DNA of 64,000 nucleotides from positions 248,001 through 312,000 of the forward strand of contig JBHGNT010000020.1 in assembly GCA_043228905.1 (NCBI GenBank), written 5' to 3'. Position numbers and translations under genes: made by a program. The notes beneath the pieces are model-generated. The model was not told the DNA's origin. It was given only the letters and a program-made list of their open reading frames with translations, and did not search any database. This document shows positions 1 through 13,777 of this stretch, one piece after another (the first letter of the stretch is position 1; every line of letters begins with the position of its first letter). The DNA is from Azolla caroliniana. Its lineage: Eukaryota; Plantae; Polypodiophyta.

Positions 1-1599
1 CACTCCCATGTTCATTTAATATAGAACTTGCACAGTTGTACCTATATTCTACTCACACATGTGCACCTTTGCACATGAGATGTATATATACCTCATTGTG
101 GGTATTTTTGTATTTGATGATGCTTTTTAATATAGTTACTCATCCCCCATCTTGTTGTTGTTCATAAGTGTATCTTCCTCTCTCTCTTCCTCTCACGCAC
201 ATATCACTTAAACTTCCGCTTAGTTTAATCACATAATTAGGGACTAATTAACCCATACTTGATTACCTAATTCTTAATAGTTTTCAAATCAACATTCATA
301 ACTTGCTCCTTTAAAGATCAAGAGTACACTAATATATACTAATAAAAAGGCCATCAATCAAACCTAATTTTCAATATCTTGTTCCTTTTGCATTATTACC
401 CCAATTAATGATGCCACATGTCAATTGGAAATACCACCCTGTATCAAGCTTCATCTGATCTTTCATGTCTTCCTTGAGAGTTGAGACACCATAAAAACAA
501 AAAGTCATCAAACAAGGCTCAAACCTATGTCCTTATAACTTAACATTATGATGATGTAAAGGATTCTATGATCATGATATTAAGGATAGCTCTAGATAAT
601 GTCGTGCACACATCTGACCTGTGTTGCAAAAAAAAAAAAAAAAAAAAACAATGTGTCACACATGCAAGATGACACATGAATACGCAACATGTGGATCTAT
701 TTGAACTTGAATGGTGTAATCTAGGGCATTGATTGAATGTGTCAATCTCTATAAATTGAAGCTTCACACTCTCATCAAATCATACCAGTTCAACCTCTAG
801 TCAATGGCCCTCTATGCATCAACTTTTACTTCATCATCTGTCATCTTCTTGTAATATCATCTTTTATTAAATGTATCTATTCTTTGATTCCTTGAGTATA
901 ATTTTGGCTTATTTAACTGCAATTAACATTATCTTATTGTCATTATTGATTTGGTTCATGAGAGTGTTCACTATTTACTTCAATCCCATCTATTGCAACA
1001 TTTTCCCAATATTCATCAATGGTGGTGCACATAGCGATAGAGTTGACCAAAATCACCCACATCTTAGGAAGGTTTGACACAACATCTCCATTTCATCAAG
1101 TGTGTCATAAAATGAGACTAAATGGTCCCTCTTATGTTTTTGTCTTTTTCAAGTATATCATTGTTCTTTTAGATTTCTTCTGTGTCATATCCTTTGTTTT
1201 TCTCTCACTTTAAGCTAATTCAACTCACACAATCCATCTGTAGAAAAACAAAACTTTTTATAAATGAGACAACAAAACTTTAAGCTTATTACAGATTTTG
1301 ATGTAGCCTAGACTATTGTTGTCCCACTCCCTAACAATCTACATTAAAAATCCTCCCTCTTCCTGCCTTTGATGTTGTAAACTGGTTCCTATTTCTTCCA
1401 TGGTTTAGTCGGGTAGTCAAGAACTGGAATGATATTTTCCCATTGTGGCGTTGACCCATGCATAAGCCAACCCACTATCAAACAATCTTGTCTTCATTCA
1501 AACCATTGTGATGTCGAGTCTTGGGCAAAGAAGTGTTGTTCCATCTCAATCCGCCATTATTCAATTGTACACATTCAAGGAAACTTTGTGCAGCTCCAT

Positions 1600-2800
1600 C
1601 AATGGCTCTTGTGGTTCTCCTTATCTTTAACTACATCTAAAGTTACAAGGAACTTTCAAGCGTAATGGCAATCCTTATCGCGCCATTTTTTCTTGAACTA
1701 CATTTATTGGTATCATTGCAAACATTATGCTTAACTTAAAAGCATTTCTTTGTGCATAATAAAAGGACTTTCAAAAAAGCTTCCAAATTGCATTCTAGTG
1801 TTGCACCATTTTGAAATTGTGTCTTTTGCAAACATATCCTCAACTACCTTGGTTGGCATATGTGCCTCACATATTGTTGTTTATGCACAAATGGTTGTTG
1901 TGCCCTATGGTTTAAGTTCATATACTAAAACCCTTCCATACATTAAGATCCATACATAAAGACCTATGCTCTCAATCCACAATCCATTGTCTAAGCACAT
2001 TCTAAAACATCTTTTAAGATTAACATATATCAATCACACTAGTTCCGTCATGTTTTCTACATGTAAAATCATGAGTATCATTTGATAAAGATATATCATT
2101 TGCAATAAACATTCTAGTACTATTGCACGTTTCTAGAAGTGACTTTCCATATGGATAGGATCTTTTTCATCCATAGAAGAATTATCATACATGTGTGTAT
2201 CCTCTTGCATCCTTGATATAGGTGGCATGAAATATTGTTGTGAATCATGTTTTCTTGTGTGGCCATTCATGATATAAAAGACAATACCCTCTCCCTTAGC
2301 TTTGAAGTAAACAATGTCATCTTCTAAATTGACAAAATGTTGTTCTCTAACTATATAAGAATAAAAACCATACATTATATTTGTCCAAATCTTGGTATAC
2401 ATTATATCTGTCCAAATCTTGAATCCATTGAGTTTCATGGTCTCAAGTTTTCACAAGAAGTATAATATAGGATTCATTGGTTAGTCTCATCTATGTCCCA
2501 TTCCATGCATTGTAATCCCAAAAGCATTTTCCTAGAATATGCGAGTTAGTCCTAAACATCACAACTCCTTATTTGTTCAAGGACCTTCCCTCATCGTATA
2601 TCTTCCCATCTTCCAATACATCTTTAAGCTTACCCTTTCATTTCTCTTCATATGCTTTGCAACGAGCATTTCGTTATGAGAGGGTATTAGTTGAGGTGGT
2701 TCCTTCTATTTTCAAGAATAATCCTTCCTATAAACTAGTATTGAAGAACACGTACTTGTGAGACAAACAATACAAGGCAAAGGGTGTAAAATTCTAGTGT
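1600..2800 (-). mobile_element. Degenerate LINE 5' fragment (ORF1 C-terminus + APE endonuclease region)
   Basis: ORF 2133..2438 (NLEDDIVYFKAKGEGIVF...MPPISRMQED..SSMDEKDP) aligns with the LINE endonuclease at 29943..30272 (NLEDDIAYFKYKGEVIVFGDMNAR...MPHISRMQED). Upstream 'YIILLVKT*' resembles the APE DIILLxETW motif. 1600-1700 resembles 29520-29600. Ends approximate. Confidence 0.6.
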
Positions 2801-5800
2801 GGATTAATTGAGAAATTTAAAATTTAAAACATTGAATGTAACATCTCTCCATAAACTTGTAATGATTAAAATGTAGCTGATAGTTTAATTTGTCATTGTC
2901 AATTGGTCATCTCTTTTATTCATCACAAAGTTACAGCTATACTACAATTTAAAGTGTTACATACAATGAAATGTTTGTTTATTCATGGAGATTAAAATGA
3001 TTTCCACATTCGTCATTGTATTTTATGCGAACTATATGCATAAAGCTAACATGGTATAATTCTTCATCCACACTTAGTTGTATCTACACATTTGTGTATA
3101 TCTTACTTTTATCTACATGTTGTTTGTTTAATACCATTGGTTTCATATACGGATGTCATTTATGTAATATATTGATGGTTTTCTAGCTTTATTGGCACCT
3201 TTACTATCTTTCTTGAAGTACTCCAAGCAACATCAGAAAAAGACAAATAGCTTGTATCATAGTTTTTAGCCTTGAAATATGTTTGATGCTTTTCTTTAGA
3301 AAGAGGCATGGAGGACACTCACTTTTACCCTCTCTAACAAATCTTATCCCCAGTCTGATAATATTTGTTTCTATGGAATACCCATTGGCACGTCCACATT
3401 GTTACATCTTACTCCAAAGTATGGGCTTAGAAACAAGCACTTATTTGTTCTTCACTCCAATTTAGATACCAAATAGGTCTCCACAACATCTTGATTTCAT
3501 CACATTACCCTTGAAAGCATGATTCTTTCTCAAGATCATGATCATACTAATCACATTCTACATGGCCCACTTCCACATTTTCCCAAGTATGGCATATTAT
3601 AGACCTCTAGTGGATATTTTCATCATCTGCAACTTTGTTGCACACCATTGTGGAAGATTGATTTTCGTGGCAAACTAACTATTCATGCATATCTTTCATG
3701 AATCTAGAGTGCACATGTAAGATACATACATAATGAGAGCCCTCACACTCGTGTCTCGTGACGATAATATTAAATTGGAAAGCTATCACATCCATTGGCT
3801 TTATGGTTTTGGGGTACATGCTTTTCTCTTTCGAACTTAAACTTAGCGAATATTAATGATGCCTATTGGGACATGTAAAATTTCTAGATGTGAGCCCTAC
3901 ACTCACAATAAATTGTGCTTAGTATAGTCCTATTTGAAGTTGATCGCGTAGTCTTTGTAGTGACATTTTAAATGTATGGTTTACCTATTGATGTTTTTAT
4001 GATCATCAATAATCAGGAAATGTGCGTACATACATGTGTGTGTAGAGAACTGTGGATGGGTTTTTACCATTTTAATCAACGAGTTTATGAAATATTGTGT
4101 CCACATGAGCTAAATTCTTCTTCGGCTTAAACATTACTCTTCCGAACATTAAGGAAAGTAACATATGCATGTGACAACCTTGCAAAATGAAATATAGCAA
4201 AAAATTGCATATACAGAAAGACCTTGATGAACAAGTGGTATGACAAGTGAATGTTATGCTTCATGATTACATGTTAAAGATAGCCCACTTTAGCATAAAT
4301 AATAAGTTGAACTTTGATTGAATGTAACATTTTTATTTGATTGAACTAAAATATACAACATGAGACTCTTTTCAATTGATTGAATTCTTGCATTTGAAAT
4401 GAGACAACACCCAAATATATATTGAGTCAAACCTTTCTTTTCCCTTTGGAAAGACAAGAATGTGGCCCACCTGACAAAACTAGCAAATAAAACCCCCAAA
4501 TGTGGGAATTCAATCAATTCGAATCGATTTATAATATAATACTTCCTCCTATTGCCTACAAAAGTATCGAAAGGAAGATGTCTTGAGGATAAAGGCTCAT
4601 ACGATAACTTAAACGTGGGTTTGATTATTGATATGATAAAAAGAATGACCAAGAAAGCGAGTTTGGCATGAGTGCATTAGGTAGTGGAACTCCGAAAACA
4701 GACAAGGAAAGGTGTAATCATAGAAAGCATTATGGGGCAAAACTTGAGTACAAAATTAGTTAAACAAGCACTTCAAGTGAGTGTTATGATGGGAGGTCGA
4801 GAAACACAAATCTCGATATTTTAAGAATTGTTAGGAAATATATCGCCAAATTTTCCAAAAAGAAGATTACACAATAAGGGAGCTAAAGCCTGCTAGGGAA
4901 AAAAGAGTGTGATTGCTTGAGTGTATAATTAAGGCCAACTTTATGGTCTGGGAAAGGGGAACCATACGTACATAGGGATTACAAGCATACTCAAATATGG
5001 TGTAAGGAAAAAAGCACCTCATGAGTGTCCAAGCATCGAGAGGTTCTAGAAGAAATGTTTTGATGGGCGTGAAGTGGAAAGTTCTAGTGTGAATATTATG
5101 CAAGATGGTTGTGACTCGTGATGTGGCAAGATTTGGGGCCGGCCAATTCAAGCTACTGCCCTATTTTATTTGTGACGCTATACACTGACTCATTGTTATA
5201 GAAAAATATTGTGCATAGTTTGTGCTCCTGTGCACCTAATCCTAGGTGTCGCCCTTTTAAGAGCATGCTCACAAGTGTATCCTAGTCACTCAATTTGGAA
5301 CCGAACCATATCTTGTTAATCCTGAATTTCACTTTTTTCTAGAGCATGAATAGAGGTGTGTCCAACTTGATTATCCTAGCAAAAAGTGAAACAGTTTCCA
5401 TGAGAAACAAACAAAAAACTGAAAGGTTGTGCCAAGTATGCCTCTATAGAGGTACATCCAATCGCTTTGACTGAAACATAGCCTTAATGCTAAAAAAGGC
5501 CACATAAGTTACACCAAAGCATCAAGCATGAAAATGCGATACAAGTTGCGACGAAGACATAAACATGACCTCAGACCTTAGGTGGCCATAGAGCACAAAG
5601 ATTATCATGCAATGTGCATTTGTTTCGAGCAGTTTCTTTGACTCTAGTGTTTATTTTAAAAAAAAAATGGTTGCAACACAAACCTTGTGGGATCCAAAAG
5701 TCCAAGGCACATTGCAAATGTGTATGTGCATAGTTTTTTTAAACAGTTAGAGGAAAAGAAGAAGACATGGGAAAGCTGGGTTGGATGCTCAAATATGTTG

Positions 5801-5985
5801 TTTCGCAAGGTGGGCACATGAGTGACACGAAAGTGTCAGTTTTGCTTGGTGCTCGTGTTCTTAATGGGCATGATGTGGTGAGGTGTGAGTGGGTAAAAAT
5901 AGACAAGTGTGATGCGCACAAAATTATGTAGCTCATGTTGAGAGGGGGGGGGGGGGGGGGGGGGGGGTCACGACACGAGCTTAGA

Positions 5986-6525
5986 CGATGGGCATGACAT
6001 GGCAAATAGGGTTGGTATGGCACAATAGAATGTCAGTTTGGATGGGCATGACGTGGCAAAGAAAGGCTGGTATGGCACACTAGAAAGTGGGTTTGGATAC
6101 GCATGAGGTGGCAAAAAAACGTTGGTATGGCACAATAGAGGGGGGCCTGGATGGGCGTGACATGGCAAAAGCTAGGCTTGGGCACGACGTGGCCAACCAA
6201 GGTGCGGTTTCTTGGGCGGGGCGTGACGTGGCAAACCGTAGGCGCGGGCGTGACGTGGACAAATAAAGACATGATTTCTTTGGGCGGGCGTGACGTGGCA
6301 AGAGGGAGTTACGTACGGTACGAGAGCGGGCGGATAGGGGAGCTCGCACGTGCGCGAATGAGGCGCTGCTCACGTGCCATGCCACGTCGGCGAGGGGAGC
6401 GACACGTGGAGGCGGCACGCGCGGGGATTGGTTGGGCTTCCAGTCCACGTGGCTATTGGTCCTTCTCCGTTCGCGTCTGACGTGGGGGGTTTCGGCTGAG
6501 CTGGCATCCGATGGGCCCACGTCAT
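5986..6525. repeat. GC-rich cluster of ~55-bp then shorter repeats with core GGGC(G/A)TGAC(G/A)TGGCA; ~14 ACGT cores (G-box/ABRE-like)
   Basis: Units gatgggcatgac(a/g)tggcaaa...ggtatggcaca at ~5987, 6041, 6097, 6150; cores at ~6220, 6247, 6287; CACGTG at ~6347, 6371, 6403, 6447. Preceded by a 24-nt G run (5944-5967). Confidence 0.75.
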
Positions 6526-6565
6526 CATCATCATCCATTCACGCCTTGGCAGTTGTGACCCCCCT

Positions 6566-6790
6566 TCTCTCTCTCTCTCTCTCTCTCTCTCAGTCTGTGT
6601 CTGTGTCTGTGTCTGCGTCTGCCATAGCTTCTTCTTCTTCTTCTTCTGTATTTCTCCATTTCCATCTCTTCTCCTCCATCGCTCTGCTACTGTTCCCTTT
6701 TTCTTCCTTATTCTCCATCGCTCTGCCACTGTTCCCCTCCCCTCCCCCCCCCCCCCCCCCACTCTCTCTCTCTCTCTCTCTTTTCTCCTC
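6566..6790 (+). repeat. Pyrimidine-rich microsatellite block (CT)n, (GTGTCT)n, (CTT)n, poly-C
   Basis: Directly visible; such blocks are typical of plant TSS/5'UTR regions. Confidence 0.85.
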
Positions 6791-6804
6791 CATTTCACCT
6801 CTTG

Positions 6805-7600
6805 CACAGTAGCTATGGCGTGTCCTGATCGCTGATGTTCCTTCTTCTTCTCCTGCTCCTCCATCGCTTCCTCTTCTTGCAGGTTCTTCTCCATTAATGC
6901 TGCATTTCGTTCCTGCTGCTGTTTCTCTGTTCCTTCTATTTCTGCCTTCTTGCCTTTCCTTCGGCTTCATAATCTCCTTCTGAAACAAATCGCCTTCTCG
7001 GCAAACATTCTATATGCAGGAAAAGCTATAGCGTCTAAATCACTTATTTTCCTTCTTCTTCTTCTGAATGTATTGTCTTTGCATTCTTGCCAAGCACATC
7101 CCTCCCACAGTCTCTACTAATTATTGAGAAAATATTTTTTTTTCACAGTCTTCTTCTTCTGCCTCATTTCATGCACAGAAGATATGGATCTAGCCAATGA
7201 TGCTTCCTCCTTCTCCTCCTCCTCTTCAATTAGCTGCATTAATCCGAGAAACAACAATAAAATTTGATCCGATCCATTATCAGTACCTGCACAGAAGCTA
7301 TGGCGCCTGGACATATCCATGGCATGAGTGATTAAGAAAAGAAGAATACGCCTGCGCCATAGTTATGGCGTCTCCTAATATCTAATTCTAGGACAGTATA
7401 GAATCCCGATCTCTGATACCACGATCCATTAATTCATGCACAGTAGCTATGGCCTGTCCGGATTTCTGATACTATGATCCAGTAATCCCTTCACAGTATC
7501 TATGGCGTGCCAGGATCTCTGATACCATGATCCATAAATTCGAATACTTCACCAATGGCATATCCTGATCTCTGATGTTCCTTCTTCTTCTTCTTTTTCT
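6805..7600. repeat. Dispersed/tandem ~53-bp repeat (cacagtagctatggcgtgtcc-gatctctgataccatgatcc)
   Basis: Related copies at ~6806, 7290, 7360, 7439, 7493, 7555; three consecutive units 53 bp apart (7411, 7464, 7517). Confidence 0.65.
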
Positions 7601-8020
7601 CCACTGATTACGCAAACCTTTGTTTCAACTTCTTCACTGATATTCTTTACTTGCGTCGTCTTCATTGGTCCTCTGCGTTCAGCAAATTCTTCTCCATTTC
7701 ATGCACATTAAGTACAGTTACAGCAAAATACTAATCACTTTCGTCTTTCTTTGATCTCTGCTTATCTATACCTTTCTTCCATCATGCTTTCCTCTTTCCT
7801 AACCTTGCCTTCTTTAATCGAGTCGATATATTTCTCGATACATCTTTCTTTGATGATCTTCGATTAAACTGCACTCAGTAATTTCTTTCCTTCTATAGAG
7901 CATTCCGATCATATCTTCACCATTTCATCACATTTCGATGATCTAGCATTTCTAATCAGCCATGTCACCTGAGTTCTCTTAATCTCTAAATCTCATCATT
8001 CGAAGCTTTCTGGTCTAATA

Positions 8021-8332
8021 CATGCAGAGAATGTGCCCAGAATTAGTACTCTGCTAGTAATTCCCTATTCCTAACAACAGTAATTTCCCTCCAATGCAGA
8101 AAATTCTTCAACCTCACTCTCATCTCTTCAATCTGAATTCTTGATCTGTTACAGTAGTTCACAACCTCAATGAATACATGCAGAGAATGTGTATAGAATT
8201 AGTACTCTGCTAGTAATTCCCTATCTCTAACAACAGTAATTTCCCTCCAATGCAGAAAATTCTTCAACCTCACTCTCATCTCTTCAATCCGAATTCTTGA
8301 TCTGTTACAGTAGTTCACAACCTCAATGAATA
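8021..8332. repeat. Near-perfect 156-bp tandem duplication upstream of the XBAT start codon
   Basis: catgcagagaatgtg...cctcaatgaata at 8021-8176 and 8177-8332, with few mismatches. Confidence 0.9.
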
Positions 8333-8567
8333 CGTTTCGCAATCTGAATAACCCTTGAGCTTTACAAGTTATATCTTCTGCTATTAATCTTCTCACATTC
8401 ACTTCTTTTTCCTTCATTTCGTTGCTTCTCCTAATCTTCATTCTGTATCTATTGAAAGAAAACAATCCTAGTTTCCACAGACTCTCTGTGGTCTTCATCG
8501 TTCTTGCATCATATTTGCTTGGATTCTATGCAGATCTGAGACTAAATGTGCTTATTTTGTGAGTAGA

Positions 8568-11563
8568 ATGGGTGCAAATCAATCGAAGGAAGAATTGCTA
8601 TATCAAGCAGTACGAATTGGAAACCACGATGTTGTTAAGGCTCTTCGAAGAGAGGGAGCATCACTGGAGGTACATTATTGAATATACTAGAGATGGAGAG
8701 AGAGCGCTTCTAACTCTACTTCTGCAAACGTTTAATAAATTTTGCCAGATCTTTACTGATTTTTTTTCTACGTCTTCTTCTGCAGTGGATCGATAAAGAT
8801 GGACGAACTCCCCTTCTGCTGGCTTGTTCACGTCCAGAGCTCTTGGACATGGCTATAACTCTGCTAAATTTGGGAGCTAACAAGAATGCGTACAGATCAG
8901 GTGCTAATTAAATCTTTGTGATTTAATAAAGTTTCAATTCCATGATACATTGAAAGACTCTAAGTTGTATTTTACCTCAATCTCGCTTCTATTGTGAATG
9001 ACCAATCCCTTTCACCTTAACTTGTCTTCTAATTTTAGATGAAATTGTTTCTCTGATTACATTTGCAGGAAGTCATGGTGGTTTTCCGATTCACCATGCG
9101 GCCAGGAGAGGATTAGACAAGACTGTTACATTGCTTCTTTCCCGCGGCGGTAAGTTTCTCTAAATTTTAACACAGATAAGTTTTTGTTGAGGAATATATC
9201 TTAAGCGTGAATTCTGAAATTTTAATATTCAAGAATGTATACTAAACATGGATTTGTGAAAAAACAATGTTTAAGAATGTTATACAAGCATGCATACTAA
9301 AATTTTACATGTCGAAGGATGTATACTAAGCTTAGATTTTGAAAGACACATGTGGATGCCGATGCAATATTTCTGTATGTATGGATTATGAGAAAATTGT
9401 TCCAGAATGATAGATGATGGTCTCTTTTGAGAATAACATGTTCACGAATATTTAAAACATTGCTTCAACGTCTGCAGCGAATCCACTGGCTGTCAATGAC
9501 GAGGATCAAACACCACTTGATTTGGCAAGGAGTAGAGGCCATGTTTCTGTTGTGCGTTTGTTAGAGGTCGGTTTTACATTCTGTATGGTGATCTTTATAT
9601 CACTATAAAACTAGGCTTCATTAGAATCTTATCGTGGCTGCCTTGTGCAGGAAAGACTCTGCCTTTTCAATGGAATCCTAAGGGAGCTTTCGAGTTTCAG
9701 TTTTCTAGAATCCTTGGCTCCTAATCTGGTCATGAAAAAAATGTGAGAGATATATTCTAACAGTATGCATTTGTCTCAAAATTCACGGATATGTCACTAA
9801 TGCAGCTTCCGTGAAATGTATAGCTTTCTCTTGACCTTCTTAAGTTATTGTTACTGAATGGTTAAATTATACCTGCAGCTGGGCAGTGGTCCTTCCAACA
9901 AAGATATTCGAGGAGTATGAACTGGTTATCTATGAATCTCCTAAGGTATTCTATTCAAAGAGTTTTTTCTTTGGATGTGTAGGATTGTAAAGCAAAGAGC
10001 TTTTCCACTTGATGTGTCACATTGTAATGTGGAATGTCTCTCTGCAACAAGTGTCCCGGCACATGGTAGTGTCGTGTGTTGAACGTGGCACGCCGTAATG
10101 CAGGCACTGTTATTGCATTAAAACTGTTACATAGTAATGCAAACTTGTTTTTCATTAAATTTAGTGTCTCTCCTTGTAATGCAACTGAAATTATGATCAG
10201 AAATATGTTAACAAGATTAGTTGAACGTATTTTCATAAGAACAGGTATGTTTGTGGACCGGGGTAGGTGCGTCTATGCCACATCCTGCTGGTCTATGCAA
10301 TGTGAGTTTCTCTACCAGTTTAAGACCAAGATATGGATTTTTTTCATCACACATGGATATGGTTTTCCTCACGTCACAGACATATTTGGTACTTCAGGTT
10401 GCTCAACCTAGCACTGTCCTTCCACTGTCCAAGGTGCACATGGAGAAGCTGATCTTCAACTCAAAAGATCTTGTACTCCAAATAACAGATCACAACAGTT
10501 AGTATCTCTGCTCACCACAGAGACTTGGTGGTTTAATGCCAATCCTTGATTTTCATTTCTCTAAAATCGTGTTTTGTGTGTCTATAATTCATGATGCAAC
10601 AGAAACAAAATACAAATTCATGTCGGAGAAGAAAAACGACAGGGCTCAGGTGGAGAGGTTCTACGAAGCATGCAAAGGAATTCCACAGGTAGTTAAACTG
10701 GCGTAATGCATAGAAAACTTATGGACAGAGGTTTTGTGCATTGGCTTATGACTAACTTGGAGCCTTTCCTTTTATAGGGATCTGCTAGTGTGTATGCTGA
10801 TGGTGCGTCTCCATTGGCAGCAGGATCTCAGCAAGGAAGCCTATCACAAATTCATCCTATCCCTAACTCACAATCATCTACACTAGCTGGAACCCAACCA
10901 GGTTTTCAGTTCTTCTCAGCCTCATCGGTCTCAACTATGAGTGCTATTAAGTCAAATACGGAACCGATATCAGAAGAGATCGCATTAGCTCTCGCTCTCG
11001 ACGAATCGATCCGGACGGCCGCAGAGGAAGGGATCCCTCTCTCACCAAACAACATTGCTCCACACGGTAGTTTATGTGGCAACAACACAAGTCGGTACAT
11101 TAAGGAATGGGATGATCATAACATAATTCCGAGTGAAAGCAGCTCGACCAATAACAACTCCAGGAGCCAAGGAAACAATGACAACATTAAGCAGGCTACA
11201 AACAGATCCAAATCGTTGCGTTACAGTAGATGGTCATCATGGGGACCTATCATGTGTGGACCTAGTAGTACTGATGTGTGTGTTAATGAACCCACCACTA
11301 AAGCTCCCACCCCAATACCACCCGAGTCTCATCACAATACTAATGGTAACAACAACACTGCCAAGAACACTAACGTTGTGGCCGAGATCAAGGACATTGG
11401 AACTTGTGTTATTTGTTGGGATGCTCCAAGACAAGGAGTGTGTATACCTTGTGGGCACTTAGCAGGGTGTATGGATTGCTTGATGGAAGTGGAATCGAAG
11501 GACATGGGATGTCCCGTGTGTCGTGGACCCATCGAACAAGTGGTGAAAGTGTATACTGTATGA
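8568..11563 (+). CDS. XBAT35: Ankyrin-repeat / C-terminal C3HC4 RING E3 ubiquitin ligase, XBAT34/35 family (~505 aa)
   Basis: GT-AG exons 8568-8669, 8786-8900, 9069-9149, 9478-9566, 9651-9742, 9879-9945, 10398-10497, 10603-10688, 10778-11563 join in frame (1518 nt). Protein: MGANQSKEELLYQAV..LEWIDKDGRTPLLLAC..GFPIHHAARRGL..ANPLAVNDEDQTPLDLAR..VAQPSTVLPL..ACKGIPQ..CVICWDAPRQGVCIPCGHLAGCMDCL..CPVCR, matching XBAT35 architecture. Gly2 myristoylation-type N-terminus. Confidence 0.92.
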
Positions 11564-12956
11564 GAGAATTTGGGTCATCCTTTAGTGTCAAATCAGTGCA
11601 ATGAATGGTATGGCACATCTTGACATTCTTTAAGGTGAGAAAGGTAGTTATTCTAGACAAGAAGAAGACGAGGATAATGAAAAAGGGGAGGTTCTCACAA
11701 TTAAGTTTGATCTAGCCCAACTCAAGCCTATCAAGATGTATTAGAATCGAGGGTTATATGTATTGTATATTATATATATACTCGGTGTTGAAATTGTAAA
11801 TCTGGATGGTAGTAGACACACCCTAACAACAACAACATTTCGTAGGGATTGGGTTTAGGGAGGATTTATCTTAAACTTGTTTTCGTGTAAAGAGCTCTAC
11901 ATTTTAATAAGGAATATGATTAGATCTTTGTCTTACTTAAAGGATGCAATGACTAATATTGAGCGTTTGAATAGAACTTTGATTTGTGAGCAGAAGCCAC
12001 ACCACCAAAGTCAAGTTATAAACCAATAGCCTTTTGATAATATTCACAAAATAACTAAGAACTATATACAGTAGAGCTATTTCAATCAAATGATTGGGTA
12101 GGTGTATTGTACAATCTTGCATATTAAAGTGAGTCATGACCCATACATATGCATATGTAGTTATTAGTGGCCCTACATAATGCCCAGTGCCCACCAACCA
12201 AGGCAAGGAATCACATCTCTCCTTGAAGTTAAATATACCACCGTATAAAGTGTGTAACAAACCAAAGTACTATTATTACCCAAACACACATGCACAAGTG
12301 AGCTTAACTTAGAAGAGAAGCCTTGGAGATGCAGCCATTTAGGCCATTGTTTGAAATGGGAAAATTCTTTGGCTTAAACCTTCAAACCATGTCCAAAATT
12401 AGGTGTACACACTCAAAGAGCAACTCCCACCTTGCGAAGTTATCAATGCATGAAATGTTCTTTGAGGAATTAACGTGTGCTTCTCCACAAGAAAATATCA
12501 TGGATCGGTCTTGGTTCATATCCAACATCTAATTCATCATTGGTGACACTAGTGTCCCATTGATAGGTTTTGTTTATTTCACATTATGTTGCACCTCTTC
12601 CTCATGCCAACAATGAAGATTTACGACACATTAGATTGTAATTAACTAGATATAACATGATTACTAAACTTAAGAAAGTCTCATGATAATCTAAACAAAG
12701 AGCAGAGGAGGCTTTAGACATGCTAGAGGTTAAAAAAGCATTTATTGTTTCAGCAATGTGGCTTCACTTGCAACTATATCTTAAATATAATACAACAGAA
12801 TTTCATTAACTACCATGACTGACACATTCCCTTTGGCTTGATATTTATTACGTCACCATATGGATATGTCGCAATACCCATATGGCAAGATGATGACATT
12901 GCCCATTTGGGTTTATTTATCAAAGTTGTTGGAAGGACTCAATGGATGCCTTTCAT

Positions 12957-13307
12957 ATGGCCTCATTCAAATCTCTTTATCACTTCCTCATTATCGTCTT
13001 CATTGGTACACCAAAAAAGGCTCATGAAAGGGTAAATTTCTCACAATGAAGAACACGTACTTTCAAGAAAGCACTCTCTAGGCCCAATAGCCACACTCAA
13101 AAGGGATCTCTCTCTCTCCCTCTCTCTCATTGCCACTACTTTGTATTGATATAGCATGGCCTCATTCAAATATGTATCTTGATCACTTCCTCATTATTGT
13201 CCTCATTGGTACACCAAAAAGGGCTCATGAAAGGGGTAAATTTCTCACAATGAAGAACACGTACTTTCTAGAAAACACTCCCTAGGCCCAATAGCCACAC
13301 TCCGAAG

Positions 13308-13359
<52 letters not shown>

Positions 13360-13387
13360 ATATTGCGACTACTTTGTATTGATAAAG
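12957..13387. repeat. ~200-bp tandem duplication, each copy ending in (CT)n
   Basis: atggcctcattcaaat...ggatctctctc...actactttgtattgata at ~12957-13155 and ~13156-13387; the (CT)n is longer in the second copy. Confidence 0.85.
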
Positions 13388-13777
13388 TAGTAAACAAGTG
13401 ACTATTACTCCAAATACAATGGTCAAAGCAGCATAAAGTCATGTAAATGTTGCTTGTGGGCCAAAACATGTGAGAGCCTTTTTCTTTGCCGAAGAAACCC
13501 ATCCACCAGAATCCATGTGCCAAAGAGAAGAATCAAGTGTCCAAGAATTTTAGATGTGACTCTTGAAGCCATCAACCCACAAAAGCATTTCCTTTCTACA
13601 AACTAACTACAAAACTAACAAATACCACAAAACCAAGCCAACATTAGTCATGCAATCAACAACTTCACACAACACCTCAATCCTTGTAACTAACCACAAA
13701 GGGAAATTTGATTGTACTAGGATTCTTCTTTGCCTATTGTGAAGGGTGGATTCACCCAAGGGTGTCCTATTGAGGAA

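Noticed and set aside
3000-5900. Transposase remnants
   Set aside because: Coding-like composition, but no motif I could recognise in any frame; left unannotated.
5739-6988. ORFs of 66-174 aa around the GC-rich/microsatellite region
   Set aside because: Low-complexity translations of repeats (ERERER, PPPP, SLSLSL).
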